Notes: generated by a model not told the origin, from the sequence alone. 37,883 nucleotides of DNA, filler included, from Myxococcota bacterium (GCA_049322255.1; 7 parts of 7 records of this genome joined end to end with filler, not necessarily neighbours in it), one strand, 5' to 3'; counted from the first letter of the whole stretch, positions 17,841-28,543 are shown. A program made the numbers and translations.

Positions 17841-20495
17841 ATGATGGCAGTGACTCGCACAGGAATGCTCGCATTGCTCGCGGGCCTGGGGCTGTTTTTG
17901 ACCGCGTGCCCGCCGACAGATACGGGCACCCCCGATGGTGGCCCCATCAGCGAGGATTGCTTCGAGGACAGCGACTGTCCCGACCCTCAGCTCTTTTTCT
18001 GCAACACAGCCACCTCGAGGTGCGAGCCATCGTGCCGCACCAAGGAGCAGTGCTCCGCCAGCGTGCGCGGCGAGTTTGCGCTCGACTACTGCGACCGCGG
18101 CCTGGGTTGCCAGTGTGACGTGTCCGATAGCTCGGGGGGCAAGTGCGTGGGTTCGCTCTGCTCGAGCGACCTCGACTGCGGCAGCCAGGTGTGCCGTAAC
18201 GGCGCCTGCGTCGATCCGCCGGCCCAGTCGACCATCACCGCCTGCTCCATCACGCCCGACTTGGCGATCTTGCGGGTAGGGGCGAAGGCCAAATTTTGGG
18301 TTTCGGCTTGGGCGGGCACCACCCCGGTCGTTCCCAAGGACGGGGTGACCTGGACGGCGAGCAACGCTGCGGTCACCGGCGGCGGCAGCGGCCTGTCACA
18401 GGAGTTCACCGCCGCGGCGACCACCACCGGCTCGGTGGACGCCATCACCGCCTCCATCGGCGGCGGCACCTGCAAGGCCAAGGTGATTGTCCTGCCCGGC
18501 CCCTCCGCCGCCAATCGGCTGGCGGTGGTGGTGAGCGACGAGCTTTCGGGCAGGCCGATCTCCGGCGCCACGGTGCTCGCCTCGGTGCCCACCACTGGAG
18601 CGACCCTCGGCGCGACGGCCACCACCGGTGCCTTCGGCGACGCCGAGCTGACCATTCCAGGGGGGAACAACTCCGTCTCCGTTTCGGTGTTCCACAACGA
18701 CTACAACTACCTGACCATCGCCAACTACAACTTCGCCTCCACCGGGCCCGACGCGCGCTTCCTCTCCTTCGTGCTGCGGCGCAACCAGGTCGCCAAGTAC
18801 GGCGGGTACAAAGGCACCTTCAACAACGTGCCTGCCACGTCGAACGTGCACGCGGGTATCGGCGGAATGTCGATCGCCGGGGCGATGACCGATCTTTCCT
18901 TCGATCAACTGCTGGGCGGCACGGTGCCCACCGACGTGAAGATCGGCGAAGCCGTCGACCAGAAGGGTGTTCCGTTGCCGGCGGGGGCCTACATCGGCTT
19001 CAACGACGTCGTGATCAAGTCCAACATCTCCGCCCAGGGCTTGGCGGGTGTCTGCAAAGACGTGGCGGGAAACCCCGACGAGACGAAGATGGCTTCCGGC
19101 GCATGCGGTACCCGTACTGCCTGGGCGCTGTCGGGCGATGTCCCCTTGGGCGATCTGCCGATCGACGCCTTTGCTGGAGGCGCCAACAACATCGACTTCG
19201 GCAAGGTGCTCTCGCGCATCATTCCCATCTTTAGGAAGTTCAGCTCCTCGATCGTGCGCGATGTGGAGTTCAGCCTGCAGACGACGCCGCGTGACTCGGC
19301 AGGAGAGCTCGACTTCAGCGGGACCGATCATTTCACCCCCGTGAACCATGAGTTCTCGTCGATTCCCTTGGCGTTCAACTTCGTGGTGCGGGTGCCCGAC
19401 CTTCCCCAGTTCAAGAATTCCTATGTCGACGGCGTGGTGCTGTTGGGTGGGGCGATGGTCCCCGGCCAAGGCATGGTGCCGCTCGGCCTGGGAGCGGCGG
19501 TCAACACCACTCCGGCCGACGCCAAGACCGACACACAAAGCGACCTACCCAGTCCGGGGCTGATGACCATGCGCATGGCGCCGACCCATCACGGCATCGA
19601 AGGGGCGGACTACGGCATCGTCTCCTTGGCGGTATCGCTCAAGAGCGTCAACGACGTGTCGGCGGGTATCGCCACCTCGGGTCTCGTCGGCCGCGTACCG
19701 CAGAACCAGCTCCGTTTCGACCCCACCGGGCAGAACATCGTCAACCTGCCGTCGAGCTACCTGCCTTACCCCGATGGCGCGAAGTACAACTTCTCCAATA
19801 TTCAGCAAGGGGCCCTGGGGCCACGCAGCTTCCGGTTCACCAGCACGCCGAATACCACGGGGGTCAGCACCCTGCGTGTGGTGTTCACCGATCGCAACGA
19901 AGACCGCTGGGTGGTGCTGCTCAACCCGGCCGACGCCGCCACCGGCTTCACCCTGCCGCCGCCTCCGGGGGCGTTCGCCGACCGCACCTTCACCAACGGC
20001 AACGCCACGGGCAACCGGTCGGTCTTCTTGGTGCAGTCGCTGCGGCTCAACGAAGATCCGGCCGCGGCCAACGGAGCGGCGATCGACTTTGCCAAGCTCG
20101 TGGAATTCAACTCCGCCAACGCCGACCGCCTGGCCGACTTCACCACCGGGTTCGCGTTCATCGATTATTCCCGGCCGACGGTGACTTGGGTGACCCCCAC
20201 CAACAACGGCACGGTGGGCCCGGGGGGAACGATCAAGGTGGGGGTGAAGGCGTTCAAGATCGGCACCACCGCGGCGGACGACGGCTTCGTTCGTGTCACC
20301 TTCGCCGGTGGCCCCGCGGCTTGCACTCAAATCGACGGCAACACCGAGACCACCGCCGGCAGCGGTGAGGTGAGCATGACCCTGCCGACCGGGTGCACCG
20401 GCGCCAACATTCAGATGACGGCGAGCCTGCACGACGTGGCGGGCAACCCGCTCAACCCGTCGGTGGCTTCCACCATCGCGGTGAACCTCCAATAG
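17841..20495 (+). CDS. Large myxobacterial lipoprotein: Cys-rich N-terminal repeats, Ig-like and carboxypeptidase-regulatory-like domains
   Basis: Lipobox LFLTAC; CFEDSDC..., CRTKEQC, CSSDLDC modules; VVSDELSGRPISGATV motif; strong codon bias. Confidence 0.8.
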   Translation: MMAVTRTGMLALLAGLGLFLTACPPTDTGTPDGGPISEDCFEDSDCPDPQLFFCNTATSRCEPSCRTKEQCSASVRGEFALDYCDRGLGCQCDVSDSSGGKCVGSLCSSDLDCGSQVCRNGACVDPPAQSTITACSITPDLAILRVGAKAKFWVSAWAGTTPVVPKDGVTWTASNAAVTGGGSGLSQEFTAAATTTGSVDAITASIGGGTCKAKVIVLPGPSAANRLAVVVSDELSGRPISGATVLASVPTTGATLGATATTGAFGDAELTIPGGNNSVSVSVFHNDYNYLTIANYNFASTGPDARFLSFVLRRNQVAKYGGYKGTFNNVPATSNVHAGIGGMSIAGAMTDLSFDQLLGGTVPTDVKIGEAVDQKGVPLPAGAYIGFNDVVIKSNISAQGLAGVCKDVAGNPDETKMASGACGTRTAWALSGDVPLGDLPIDAFAGGANNIDFGKVLSRIIPIFRKFSSSIVRDVEFSLQTTPRDSAGELDFSGTDHFTPVNHEFSSIPLAFNFVVRVPDLPQFKNSYVDGVVLLGGAMVPGQGMVPLGLGAAVNTTPADAKTDTQSDLPSPGLMTMRMAPTHHGIEGADYGIVSLAVSLKSVNDVSAGIATSGLVGRVPQNQLRFDPTGQNIVNLPSSYLPYPDGAKYNFSNIQQGALGPRSFRFTSTPNTTGVSTLRVVFTDRNEDRWVVLLNPADAATGFTLPPPPGAFADRTFTNGNATGNRSVFLVQSLRLNEDPAAANGAAIDFAKLVEFNSANADRLADFTTGFAFIDYSRPTVTWVTPTNNGTVGPGGTIKVGVKAFKIGTTAADDGFVRVTFAGGPAACTQIDGNTETTAGSGEVSMTLPTGCTGANIQMTASLHDVAGNPLNPSVASTIAVNLQ

Positions 20496-20515
20496 CTGTT
20501 TTCCAAAAGACGCTT

Positions 20516-20558
20516 GCGGCGCGGAGAGCCACGAGGCGCTCCGCGCCGCTGTGTTTTT
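20516..20558 (+). terminator. Probable intrinsic terminator
   Basis: GCGGCGCGGAG / CTCCGCGCCGC 11-bp stem followed by TGTGTTTTT, just after stop 20495. Confidence 0.65.
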
Positions 20559-20578
20559 AAGGCGGAGGTGGTGACTCG

Positions 20579-21952
20579 ATGACCCCGCTCACGATCGACT
20601 TCAATCACGCGACCTTGGCACAGCTTGGTCCCCACGGGCTGTCACGCGCCGATTTCGACGCTCTCGCTCCGGTCGCACGCGCCGCCCACCAGTCGCTCAC
20701 CGCGCGGCGCGCCGCCGGGAAGGTCGCCTTCATGGACCTGCCTTTTGACGCGGCGGCAGCCAAGGCCGCCAAGGACTTGGCTGCCGAGCTCGGCCGCTAC
20801 GAGAACCTGGTCGTGCTGGGTATCGGTGGAAGCTCCTTGGGGGCCAAGGCGCTCTTCACCGCTCTGTGCCACCCCTTCCACAACCTGCTGACGGCGGCGA
20901 AGCGGCGCGGTGCGAGGCTGTTCTTTCCCGATAACTCCGACCCGGCGACCTTCTCGGCGCTGCTGGAAACGCTCGACCTGTCCCAGACGGCGGTCGCGGC
21001 GGTCACCAAGAGCGGAGGGACCGCCGAGACCTGGGCGCAGCTGCTCGTGGTGCAAGATCGCCTGGGGGGGCGTGCCAAACAGCAGATCGTCGCGGTGACC
21101 GACCCGATGAAGGGAGCGCTGCGCCAGGTGGCCAACGCCCAGGGCTGGCGCACCTTGAGCGTGCCTCCTCCTGTCGGAGGCCGCTTCTCGGTTCTCACCG
21201 CGGTGGGGCTTTTGCCCGCCGCTGCGGCGGGTATCGACGTGGACGAGTTGCTGGCGGGGGCGGGGGAGATGGCGCGCCGTTGCGAGAAGGCCGGGCTTTT
21301 CGAAAACCCTGCCTACCTCTTCGCCGCCACGCTGCACTTGTTCGATCGCAAGCAGGGGCGGCCGATCCACGTCTTCATGCCCTACGCCGACGCCTTGCGC
21401 GAGACCGCCGACTGGTTCGTGCAACTGTGGGCGGAGAGTCTGGGTAAGACGCTGCCGACCAAAGAGCACGTGGGTCCCACGCCGGTGCGGGCGGTGGGGG
21501 CGACCGATCAGCACTCGCTGCTCCAACTCTTGATGGATGGACCCGAAGACAAAGTGGTGGTCTTCGTCACCCTCGATCGCCCGCGACAGGACCTGCCCAT
21601 TCCCAAGGCGTTTCCCGAGGTGCCCGAGGTCGCTTACCTGGGTGGGCGTAGCTTTCACCAGCTGCTCGCCGCCGAGCAGAAGGCGACCGCTGCCGCGCTG
21701 GCGGCCAACGGCCGGCCGTCGATCACCGTGCGGCTGCCCGCGCTCACCCCACACGCGCTGGGCGAGCTCATGATGCTGTTGGAGGTGGCCACCGCCTTCG
21801 CTGGGCCGCTCTACGGGGTCGACCCCTACGACCAGCCGGGGGTGGAGGCAGGGAAGCGCTACGCGTGTGCTCTGATGGGGCGACCCGGTTTCGAGGACGC
21901 GCATGCCGAGCTGAAGGGGCGGCCTCCGCCAAGCCAGGAGTGGGTGTTGTAG
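20579..21952 (+). CDS. pgi: Glucose-6-phosphate isomerase
   Basis: GGAGGT RBS; LGIGGSSLG, KSGGTAET, VGGRFSVLT, QLWAESLGK, DQHS, DQPGVEAGK. Confidence 0.95.
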   Translation: MTPLTIDFNHATLAQLGPHGLSRADFDALAPVARAAHQSLTARRAAGKVAFMDLPFDAAAAKAAKDLAAELGRYENLVVLGIGGSSLGAKALFTALCHPFHNLLTAAKRRGARLFFPDNSDPATFSALLETLDLSQTAVAAVTKSGGTAETWAQLLVVQDRLGGRAKQQIVAVTDPMKGALRQVANAQGWRTLSVPPPVGGRFSVLTAVGLLPAAAAGIDVDELLAGAGEMARRCEKAGLFENPAYLFAATLHLFDRKQGRPIHVFMPYADALRETADWFVQLWAESLGKTLPTKEHVGPTPVRAVGATDQHSLLQLLMDGPEDKVVVFVTLDRPRQDLPIPKAFPEVPEVAYLGGRSFHQLLAAEQKATAAALAANGRPSITVRLPALTPHALGELMMLLEVATAFAGPLYGVDPYDQPGVEAGKRYACALMGRPGFEDAHAELKGRPPPSQEWVL

Positions 21953-22000
21953 TCGCCACGTGGGCGCCACGGTCGGTTGGTGCTAGCATCAGGCGCGCCT

Positions 22001-22876
<876 letters not shown>

Positions 22877-22897
22877 GCGCCGTACAAAAAGGGTCGA

Positions 22898-23040
22898 TTA
22901 CTTCTTCTTGCTGAACCCCTTGCCTGCGCGGGAGCTGGTCGACAGCCACTCGCGAACGGAAGCCACCTGGGCGTTCGTTCCGCTCATCGTCTGGTAGCCC
23001 TCGAGCGCCTGCCGAGCCAGGTTCATCGCTCGGTGCTGGG
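22898..23040 (-). CDS. 3' end of a truncated gene, resembling TPR-type C-termini of myxobacterial Ser/Thr kinases
   Basis: Manual translation QHRAMNLARQALEGYQTMSGTNAQVASVREWLSTSSRAGKGFSKKK*; not in the ORF track. Confidence 0.4.
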
Positions 23041-23140
23041 NNNNNNNNNNNNNNNNNNNNNNNNNNNNNNNNNNNNNNNNNNNNTTAATTAATTAANNNN
23101 NNNNNNNNNNNNNNNNNNNNNNNNNNNNNNNNNNNNNNNN
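23041..23140. other. Artificial contig spacer
   Basis: N44-TTAATTAATTAA-N44. Confidence 0.98.
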
Positions 23141-23181
23141 TGCCTTGCGTCACCGCACGTCCACGGCGCACAGTGCGCGCC

Positions 23182-24846
23182 ATGCGCAGGTGGTTGCTCG
23201 CCGGAGCGAGCGTCATTGCCGCGGCAGCGAGCGGGCACCTCCTCTTCCAGCGGCACCAAGCTTCGGTTCGCCTGGCGAAAGTGGCGGCTGACCCGCACCC
23301 CTGCTCGCGCTGGCCGGGACTCGCCGAGCTCGCATGGAGCGACGAGAACGCGCGCCAGATGCTGCACGGCCAGGTGAACGCGGTCGCCGCTGCCCAGCTG
23401 CCCGACGCCACCGTCGCCCAAGTCGCCGCCGGGGTGCAGCTGCTCGAGGGGGCGTGCCCGTACCCGTTCGCGCCTGCGCAGGGCCGGCGGTTGCTCGAGG
23501 TGCTGGCGGAGTGCGCGGGCTGCGCAAGCGACGCGCGCACTGAGGCGTGCAGCCAGGGACTCTACGAGCAATTCGCCGCCGACCCGTCGCTGCGGCGAGC
23601 GCTCTTTCTCCACTTCTTGGCGCACCCCACCGCCTGGGAGCGGCGGCCGTTCTCCGACTGGTTGGTGCGTGCACTCGAGGGGGAGGTGCCCGCAGAGCTC
23701 GCAGGCGCCCTGGGCCCGAAGCAGGTGACGCCGCAGGCGCTCGCCGAAGCATTGGGCGCTGAGCGGCTGGCCACGCTCGCTGCGGTGCGGGTAGCCGATG
23801 ATTGGCCGACACGCACGCTCTTTCGCTGGGCGACGTTGCCTCGTTCGGCGTGGTGGGAGGCGATCGACCGTTCCGTGCATGAGCGGACGACTGAGCCGTC
23901 TCCCATCGAGCTCCTTCCCGCCGTGCGCGTGGGCGAGGAAGGCGAGGGGCGGCTGGCCGGCGTGGACGGCAAGCGCTGCCGCATCCTCGAGGGGAAGGCG
24001 CCGCTCGCTGACGGCGGGCGAGTCACCACCCATGCGTGCCCACAAGTTCACCCCGAGGTTCCGGCCTTCATCGCCTTCCCGTTCACCTCTCCGTGGATTC
24101 AGCTGGCCCGGGGCGAGCCGCGATACGAGTACTTGCTCTTCGACGTCTTGGCGCAGCGCTTCCACGGGGCCGACACGTTGCCGCTGCCCGCGAGTGCGCG
24201 TTGGTTCGCCATCTCCGCACGCGGCGTCTTTTCGGGCCAGAGCGAGACGAGCTGGACGGTGACCAAGGCCAAGGACGGGGAAGAGTTGCTGGTGGACTGG
24301 ACTCCCCCGCTTCTGCATATGGGCGTCTACGTGCCGGCGCTCGCCAGCGTGGTGAGCGTGCTCGAAGTGGAGTCAACGCCGCTGGACGCCAAGCAGCTTT
24401 CCCGCGCGGCGAAACGTCTGCGCCGGAAGCTCGAAGCCACCGAAGACGGGCGACCGCTCGCGCTTCAGCGTGGGGAGCGGCTCACCTCGCCGTGGCTTTC
24501 GCACTCGGTAAACGTCTACGTCCTGGCGCACGGCGGGGTGCTGGTGGAGATGACCCTGATGGACGGAACGCCCAGCATCGTTTACCTCGACGGCGTCGAC
24601 TGGAAGGAGGCGGCGCCGCCCGACCAGGGTTGCTTTCTTTCGCTCGGGCAGGCCAAGTCCAGCGCAGAGGTGCAGGCGATACTCGCGGTGCCGGGCGACG
24701 ATCCCTACTTCCTCGTCGTGGGTAAGTACGAGGACAGCTACGCCAACTGCGAGGCAGGAGGCGCCGAGCGCGGCTACTTCAACATCACCTGTCACCTCCG
24801 CGGCTGCGCCCTCGAGCGGTTGAAGCTCTACGAGACAGAGTCCTGA
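23182..24846 (+). CDS. Hypothetical exported or membrane-anchored protein
   Basis: Long ORF with genome-typical codon bias; N-terminal RRW plus hydrophobic stretch; scattered Cys; no family recognised. Confidence 0.6.
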   Translation: MRRWLLAGASVIAAAASGHLLFQRHQASVRLAKVAADPHPCSRWPGLAELAWSDENARQMLHGQVNAVAAAQLPDATVAQVAAGVQLLEGACPYPFAPAQGRRLLEVLAECAGCASDARTEACSQGLYEQFAADPSLRRALFLHFLAHPTAWERRPFSDWLVRALEGEVPAELAGALGPKQVTPQALAEALGAERLATLAAVRVADDWPTRTLFRWATLPRSAWWEAIDRSVHERTTEPSPIELLPAVRVGEEGEGRLAGVDGKRCRILEGKAPLADGGRVTTHACPQVHPEVPAFIAFPFTSPWIQLARGEPRYEYLLFDVLAQRFHGADTLPLPASARWFAISARGVFSGQSETSWTVTKAKDGEELLVDWTPPLLHMGVYVPALASVVSVLEVESTPLDAKQLSRAAKRLRRKLEATEDGRPLALQRGERLTSPWLSHSVNVYVLAHGGVLVEMTLMDGTPSIVYLDGVDWKEAAPPDQGCFLSLGQAKSSAEVQAILAVPGDDPYFLVVGKYEDSYANCEAGGAERGYFNITCHLRGCALERLKLYETES

Positions 24847-24870
24847 AGCGCGCGTGTACAATGTGCGCCC

Positions 24871-25872
24871 TTGAAGCGCGTCCTCACCAACGACTTCTCC
24901 TGGTCGAAGAGCCGGCACGAGAAGTTTTCTGACTGCCGGCGCGCCTACTACTTCCACTACTACCAGTCATGGGGCGGCTGGGAGCTGGACGCCCCGCGCG
25001 CAGTGCGCGAGCTCTACGTGCTCAAAAAGCTCTCCAACCGCTTCACCTGGGGCGGAAGCATCGTCCATGCCGCCATTCGCGGGGCGCTGATGGCGATTCG
25101 TCACGGCCGCACTCTCGACCGCGCGCGGGTCATCGAACGGGTGCACCGGGTGATGCAGCAGGACTTCGTCTTCTCCCGGGCGAAGAGTTACTGGCGCGAA
25201 CGCCACCGCAAAGAGTTTGGCGGGCTGGTGGAGCACGAGTACCGCGAGGTGGTTGCCCCCGATGAGTGGAAAACGAACTGGGAGAACGTGCAGGCGGCGC
25301 TCACCTGGTTCTTCCAGTCGCGCTGGGTGGGGCTGGCCCGCGCGCTGCAAAAGGAGCAGTGGCTGGAAGTCGACCTGATGGATTTCGAAAAGTCGGTCTT
25401 CACGCTGCAGGGAGTGAAGGTCTTCGCGGTGCCCGACTTTGCCTACCTCGACGAGGCGGGCGACCCGGTGGTGGTGGATTGGAAGACCGGGCGCGCGCGC
25501 GAGGGCTACGACGACCAAGTGTTGGCGTACGCGCTGTACTTGAACAGTCGTTACCAGCTTCCCCTGGAGCGGATGAAGGCGTCGTTGGTCTATCTGAACG
25601 ACGGGGCGGAAAGGACGGTGGCGCTCGACCCGATGGCGGTGGAGGCCTTTCGCGCCCGCTTCACCCAGAGCACGCAGCAGATGCGCGCGCTCTTGCTCGA
25701 CTCGGCTTCGAACACCCCTTTGCCCGAGCTCCACTTCCCGCGCACCGAAGACCTCTCGGCGTGCGCGCGCTGCGTGTTTCGCCGGCCGTGCGATCGGGAG
25801 AAGGCGGTCGATGCGCTGCGTGTACCGCCTCCGCCACCGGCGACCGAGGCTCCGTCAGAGCCACAACCCTAA
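24871..25872 (+). CDS. PD-(D/E)XK nuclease (RecB/AddB/Cas4-like, PDDEXK_1) with probable Fe-S staple
   Basis: FSWSK...FSDCRRAYYF; LEV; VPDF...VVDWKTG; QVLAY; C-terminal CARCVFRRPC. Confidence 0.85.
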   Translation: MKRVLTNDFSWSKSRHEKFSDCRRAYYFHYYQSWGGWELDAPRAVRELYVLKKLSNRFTWGGSIVHAAIRGALMAIRHGRTLDRARVIERVHRVMQQDFVFSRAKSYWRERHRKEFGGLVEHEYREVVAPDEWKTNWENVQAALTWFFQSRWVGLARALQKEQWLEVDLMDFEKSVFTLQGVKVFAVPDFAYLDEAGDPVVVDWKTGRAREGYDDQVLAYALYLNSRYQLPLERMKASLVYLNDGAERTVALDPMAVEAFRARFTQSTQQMRALLLDSASNTPLPELHFPRTEDLSACARCVFRRPCDREKAVDALRVPPPPPATEAPSEPQP

Positions 25873-25920
25873 GGCCGCCGTTACGAACTTTCATTGGCGC
25901 TGGCGCCACGAGCGGCGAAT

Positions 25921-27807
25921 ATGCGCGCCATGACGGTGGCTGCGCCGAGCGCGGAAATCATCGGGTCCATTCTTCAGGAGCTACCCCACGGCGTCTGGGT
26001 GGCCAAGGCGCCGGGCGGCGAGCTCGTCTACGCCAACAAGACGTTCGCCGACATCATGGGCATGGGGGCGCGCGACGACGTGAAGGTCGGCGAGTACGCG
26101 CAGCCTTACGGCATCTACGACCGCGAGGGTCGCCTGTACCCGGAAGGACGCATGCCGTTCGTGCGCGCGCTGCAGGCCAAGGCGACGGTGATGGTCGACG
26201 ACATCGTCATTCACCGCTCGGACGGGGGGCGCGTTTTCGTGCGCGCCTACGCCAAGCCGCTCTTGGGGCCGGACGGGGAGGTGGCGATGGTGGCGATCAT
26301 CTTCAGCGACATCACCGCCGAGGTGCGGGCCCAGGAAGAGAGCGCGCTGGCCCAGCGGCAGATTTCGACCATCGTCAACCACGCGCCGATTGCCATCTGG
26401 TCGCTCGATCGCGAAGGCGTCATCACCGTTTCAGAGGGCGCCGGCCTCCAGTCGTTGGGGGTGGCCTCGGGGGAGCTGGTGGGTAAATCGGTGTTCGAGC
26501 TCTACGCCGACCACCCGACCATTCCCGGCTTCATCCGCCGCGGGCTCGCGGGCGAGAGCCTGGCCTACACCGTTCAGGTGGGCGAGGCGGTGCTGGAGAG
26601 CTGGATCGGCCCGCTACGGAACACCGCTGGCGAGCTCGACGGCATCATCGGCGTGAGCACGGATGTGAGCGAGCGCCACCGGGCGCAGGCGAAGGTGGTG
26701 CAAGCCGATCGGTTGGTGGCGATGGGGACGTTGGCGGCGAGCGTGGCGCACGAAATCAACAACCCGCTCGCGTACGTCATCGAGAGTCTGCGCCTCCTCG
26801 ACGAGGAGTTGGCTTCTCTCTCCGCCGAGCCGGAGGCGGCTGGTGCACGCCAGCGTCTGGAGCACGTGCGCCGGTGGCTTCCCGCCACGCGCGAAGGGCT
26901 CGATCGGGTGCGCGTCATCACGCGCGACTTGCAGACCTTCTCTCGCACACCCGACGAGCAGAGCGCGCCGGTGGACGTGCGGCGGGCCTTGGAATCGGCG
27001 CTGCAGTTGGTGGGCAAGACGCTGCGCGAACGGGCCCAGTTGGTGCTCGAGGTCGACGAGTTGCCCCCGGTGTGGGCGAATGAGGCGCGGCTGGTGCAGG
27101 TGTTCACCAACCTCTTGCTCAACGCCGCGCAGGCCGTGGAGGGCGACGCGTCGGCGCAGGAGGTGCGGGTGAGCGCGCGGGTCGAGGGCGCGCAGGTGTC
27201 GGTGGAGATCTCCGACAGCGGGCCAGGGATTCCGGAGCAGATCCGCGGCCGCATCTTCGAGCCCTTCGTCACCACCAAGCCGGTAGGTGAGGGCACCGGC
27301 TTGGGGCTGTTCGTCTGCCGCAACCTCATCGAAGCGATGGGCGGCACCATCGATGCGGAGAATCGGCCGCAAGGGGGAGCGTTCTTTCGCGTGCGGCTTC
27401 CGGCGCGAAGCTTCGCCGCCGTCGAGATGCCCGCGCCTGCTGCGGCGGCGGCAGCGCGCATTCTGATCATCGACGACAACATGACGTTGGGGCGGGTGCT
27501 GGCTGACTCGCTGCGCCGCGATGGTCACCAGACCGAGGTCGTGCTCTCGGGTAGCGAGGCCCTCGAGGTGCTCTCCTCGGACCAACAATTCGACCTCGTT
27601 TTCTGCGACCTGATGATGAAGGACCTCTCCGGTATGGATGTGTACGAGGCGCTGCGGGCGCGCCGGCCCGGCCGTGAAAGGGAGCTGATTTTCATGACCG
27701 GGGGGGCCTTCACCGAGCGCGCGCGCAACTTCTTGGCTCGCGTTCCCAACGAGCGGCTGGAGAAGCCCTTCGACATTCGCCAAGAGGTGGCGCGCCGGCT
27801 GCGCTGA
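25921..27807 (+). CDS. Cytoplasmic hybrid sensor histidine kinase (2x PAS, HisKA, HATPase, REC); start uncertain (25894/25921/25930)
   Basis: SVAHEINNPL, QVFTNLLLNAAQA, DSGPGI, FVTTK..GTGLGL, REC ILIIDD...CDLMM...KP. Confidence 0.92.
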   Translation: MRAMTVAAPSAEIIGSILQELPHGVWVAKAPGGELVYANKTFADIMGMGARDDVKVGEYAQPYGIYDREGRLYPEGRMPFVRALQAKATVMVDDIVIHRSDGGRVFVRAYAKPLLGPDGEVAMVAIIFSDITAEVRAQEESALAQRQISTIVNHAPIAIWSLDREGVITVSEGAGLQSLGVASGELVGKSVFELYADHPTIPGFIRRGLAGESLAYTVQVGEAVLESWIGPLRNTAGELDGIIGVSTDVSERHRAQAKVVQADRLVAMGTLAASVAHEINNPLAYVIESLRLLDEELASLSAEPEAAGARQRLEHVRRWLPATREGLDRVRVITRDLQTFSRTPDEQSAPVDVRRALESALQLVGKTLRERAQLVLEVDELPPVWANEARLVQVFTNLLLNAAQAVEGDASAQEVRVSARVEGAQVSVEISDSGPGIPEQIRGRIFEPFVTTKPVGEGTGLGLFVCRNLIEAMGGTIDAENRPQGGAFFRVRLPARSFAAVEMPAPAAAAAARILIIDDNMTLGRVLADSLRRDGHQTEVVLSGSEALEVLSSDQQFDLVFCDLMMKDLSGMDVYEALRARRPGRERELIFMTGGAFTERARNFLARVPNERLEKPFDIRQEVARRLR

Positions 27808-27901
27808 AATCCGTCACCTAAAGGCTGCCCGCGCCGCGCGCAGGTTGGCGCACATCCCCGTACTGGTGTGGCGCACAGCAATATTGATGGCGTTCGTGTG
27901 C

Positions 27902-27917
27902 TGGCGCTACAGTTGCG
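27902..27917 (+). promoter_or_regulatory. Putative sigma54 promoter
   Basis: TGGCGCTACAGTTGCG (GG-N10-GC with TTGC), 12 nt before the GGAGG RBS of 27942. Confidence 0.6.
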
Positions 27918-27941
27918 CTTCCGCTCCCGGAGGTAATTTAC

Positions 27942-28109
27942 ATGCGCGGTCTCTTTGCTGGTCGCAGCTTGGGTGTGTCGTGTGCGGTTGCGGCGGTTCT
28001 TCTCACTGCGCAGGCGAACGCCCAGTGGACCAACACGGGAGGCGGCGACCATGGAGGTCAGGACTGGACGCCGAACAACGGCGACGTCATCGCCGGGACG
28101 CACTTCAAC
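27942..28109 (+). CDS. N-terminus of a secreted protein (3'-truncated)
   Basis: GGAGG RBS; signal peptide ending AQANA; mature start QWTNTGGGDHGGQDWTP. Confidence 0.7.
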
Positions 28110-28209
28110 NNNNNNNNNNNNNNNNNNNNNNNNNNNNNNNNNNNNNNNNNNNNTTAATTAATTAANNNNNNNNNNNNNNNNNNNNNNNNNNNNNNNNNNN
28201 NNNNNNNNN
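28110..28209. other. Artificial contig spacer
   Basis: N44-TTAATTAATTAA-N44. Confidence 0.98.
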
Positions 28210-28481
28210 TAGCTGATGACCGTGCCGCCCTTGCTGGTGCACGACTCGGCGGAGGGCTCGGTGATCCAGCCTTGTCCTTTGCACTCGTTCAGCCCCTGGC
28301 AGCTGTTGCCGTCCTTGCTGGCGCACTCGGAGGTGCCCTTGCACTCATTGATGCCTTGGCACTTCACTTCCTGGCCGAGCTGGCCGACGGTCGACTCCTT
28401 TGCTCCTCCCGAAACGCCGCACCCGGTGATGAGGGCTGTGGCGACGGCGGCGGCGAGGGACACTCCAAACGGGCTCTTCAT
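28210..28481 (-). CDS. bufA2: BufA2-like (bufferin-type) six-Cys RiPP precursor with lipoprotein signal
   Basis: AGGAG RBS; MKSPFGVSLAAAVATALITGC lipobox; core KCQGINECKGTSEC...NSCQGLNECKGQGW...CTSKGG; last two bases TA are probably a clipped stop. Confidence 0.8.
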
Positions 28482-28516
28482 GACAGTCTCCTGGTGAAGG
28501 GTTGAACAGCGTGGAA

Positions 28517-28543
28517 TACGCGCGCGCACCGGAGGCGGTTACA
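28517..28543 (-). promoter_or_regulatory. Putative ECF sigma (SigF/ECF16-like) promoter for the precursor gene
   Basis: TGTAACC-N16-CGTA; the -35 box contains the TAA stop of the DUF2063 gene; same motif at 30144-30170. Confidence 0.7.

Noticed and set aside
16412..20495. TraA/TraB-like outer-membrane exchange genes (TSP3 repeats, Cys-rich repeats)
   Set aside because: The TSP3 protein lacks barrel and OmpA domains, the Cys-rich lipoprotein lacks a MYXO-CTERM tail, and they are on different contigs.
24871..25872. Cas4 / CRISPR system
   Set aside because: No repeat-spacer array and no cas1, cas2 or other cas genes are visible; better called a solo PD-(D/E)XK nuclease.
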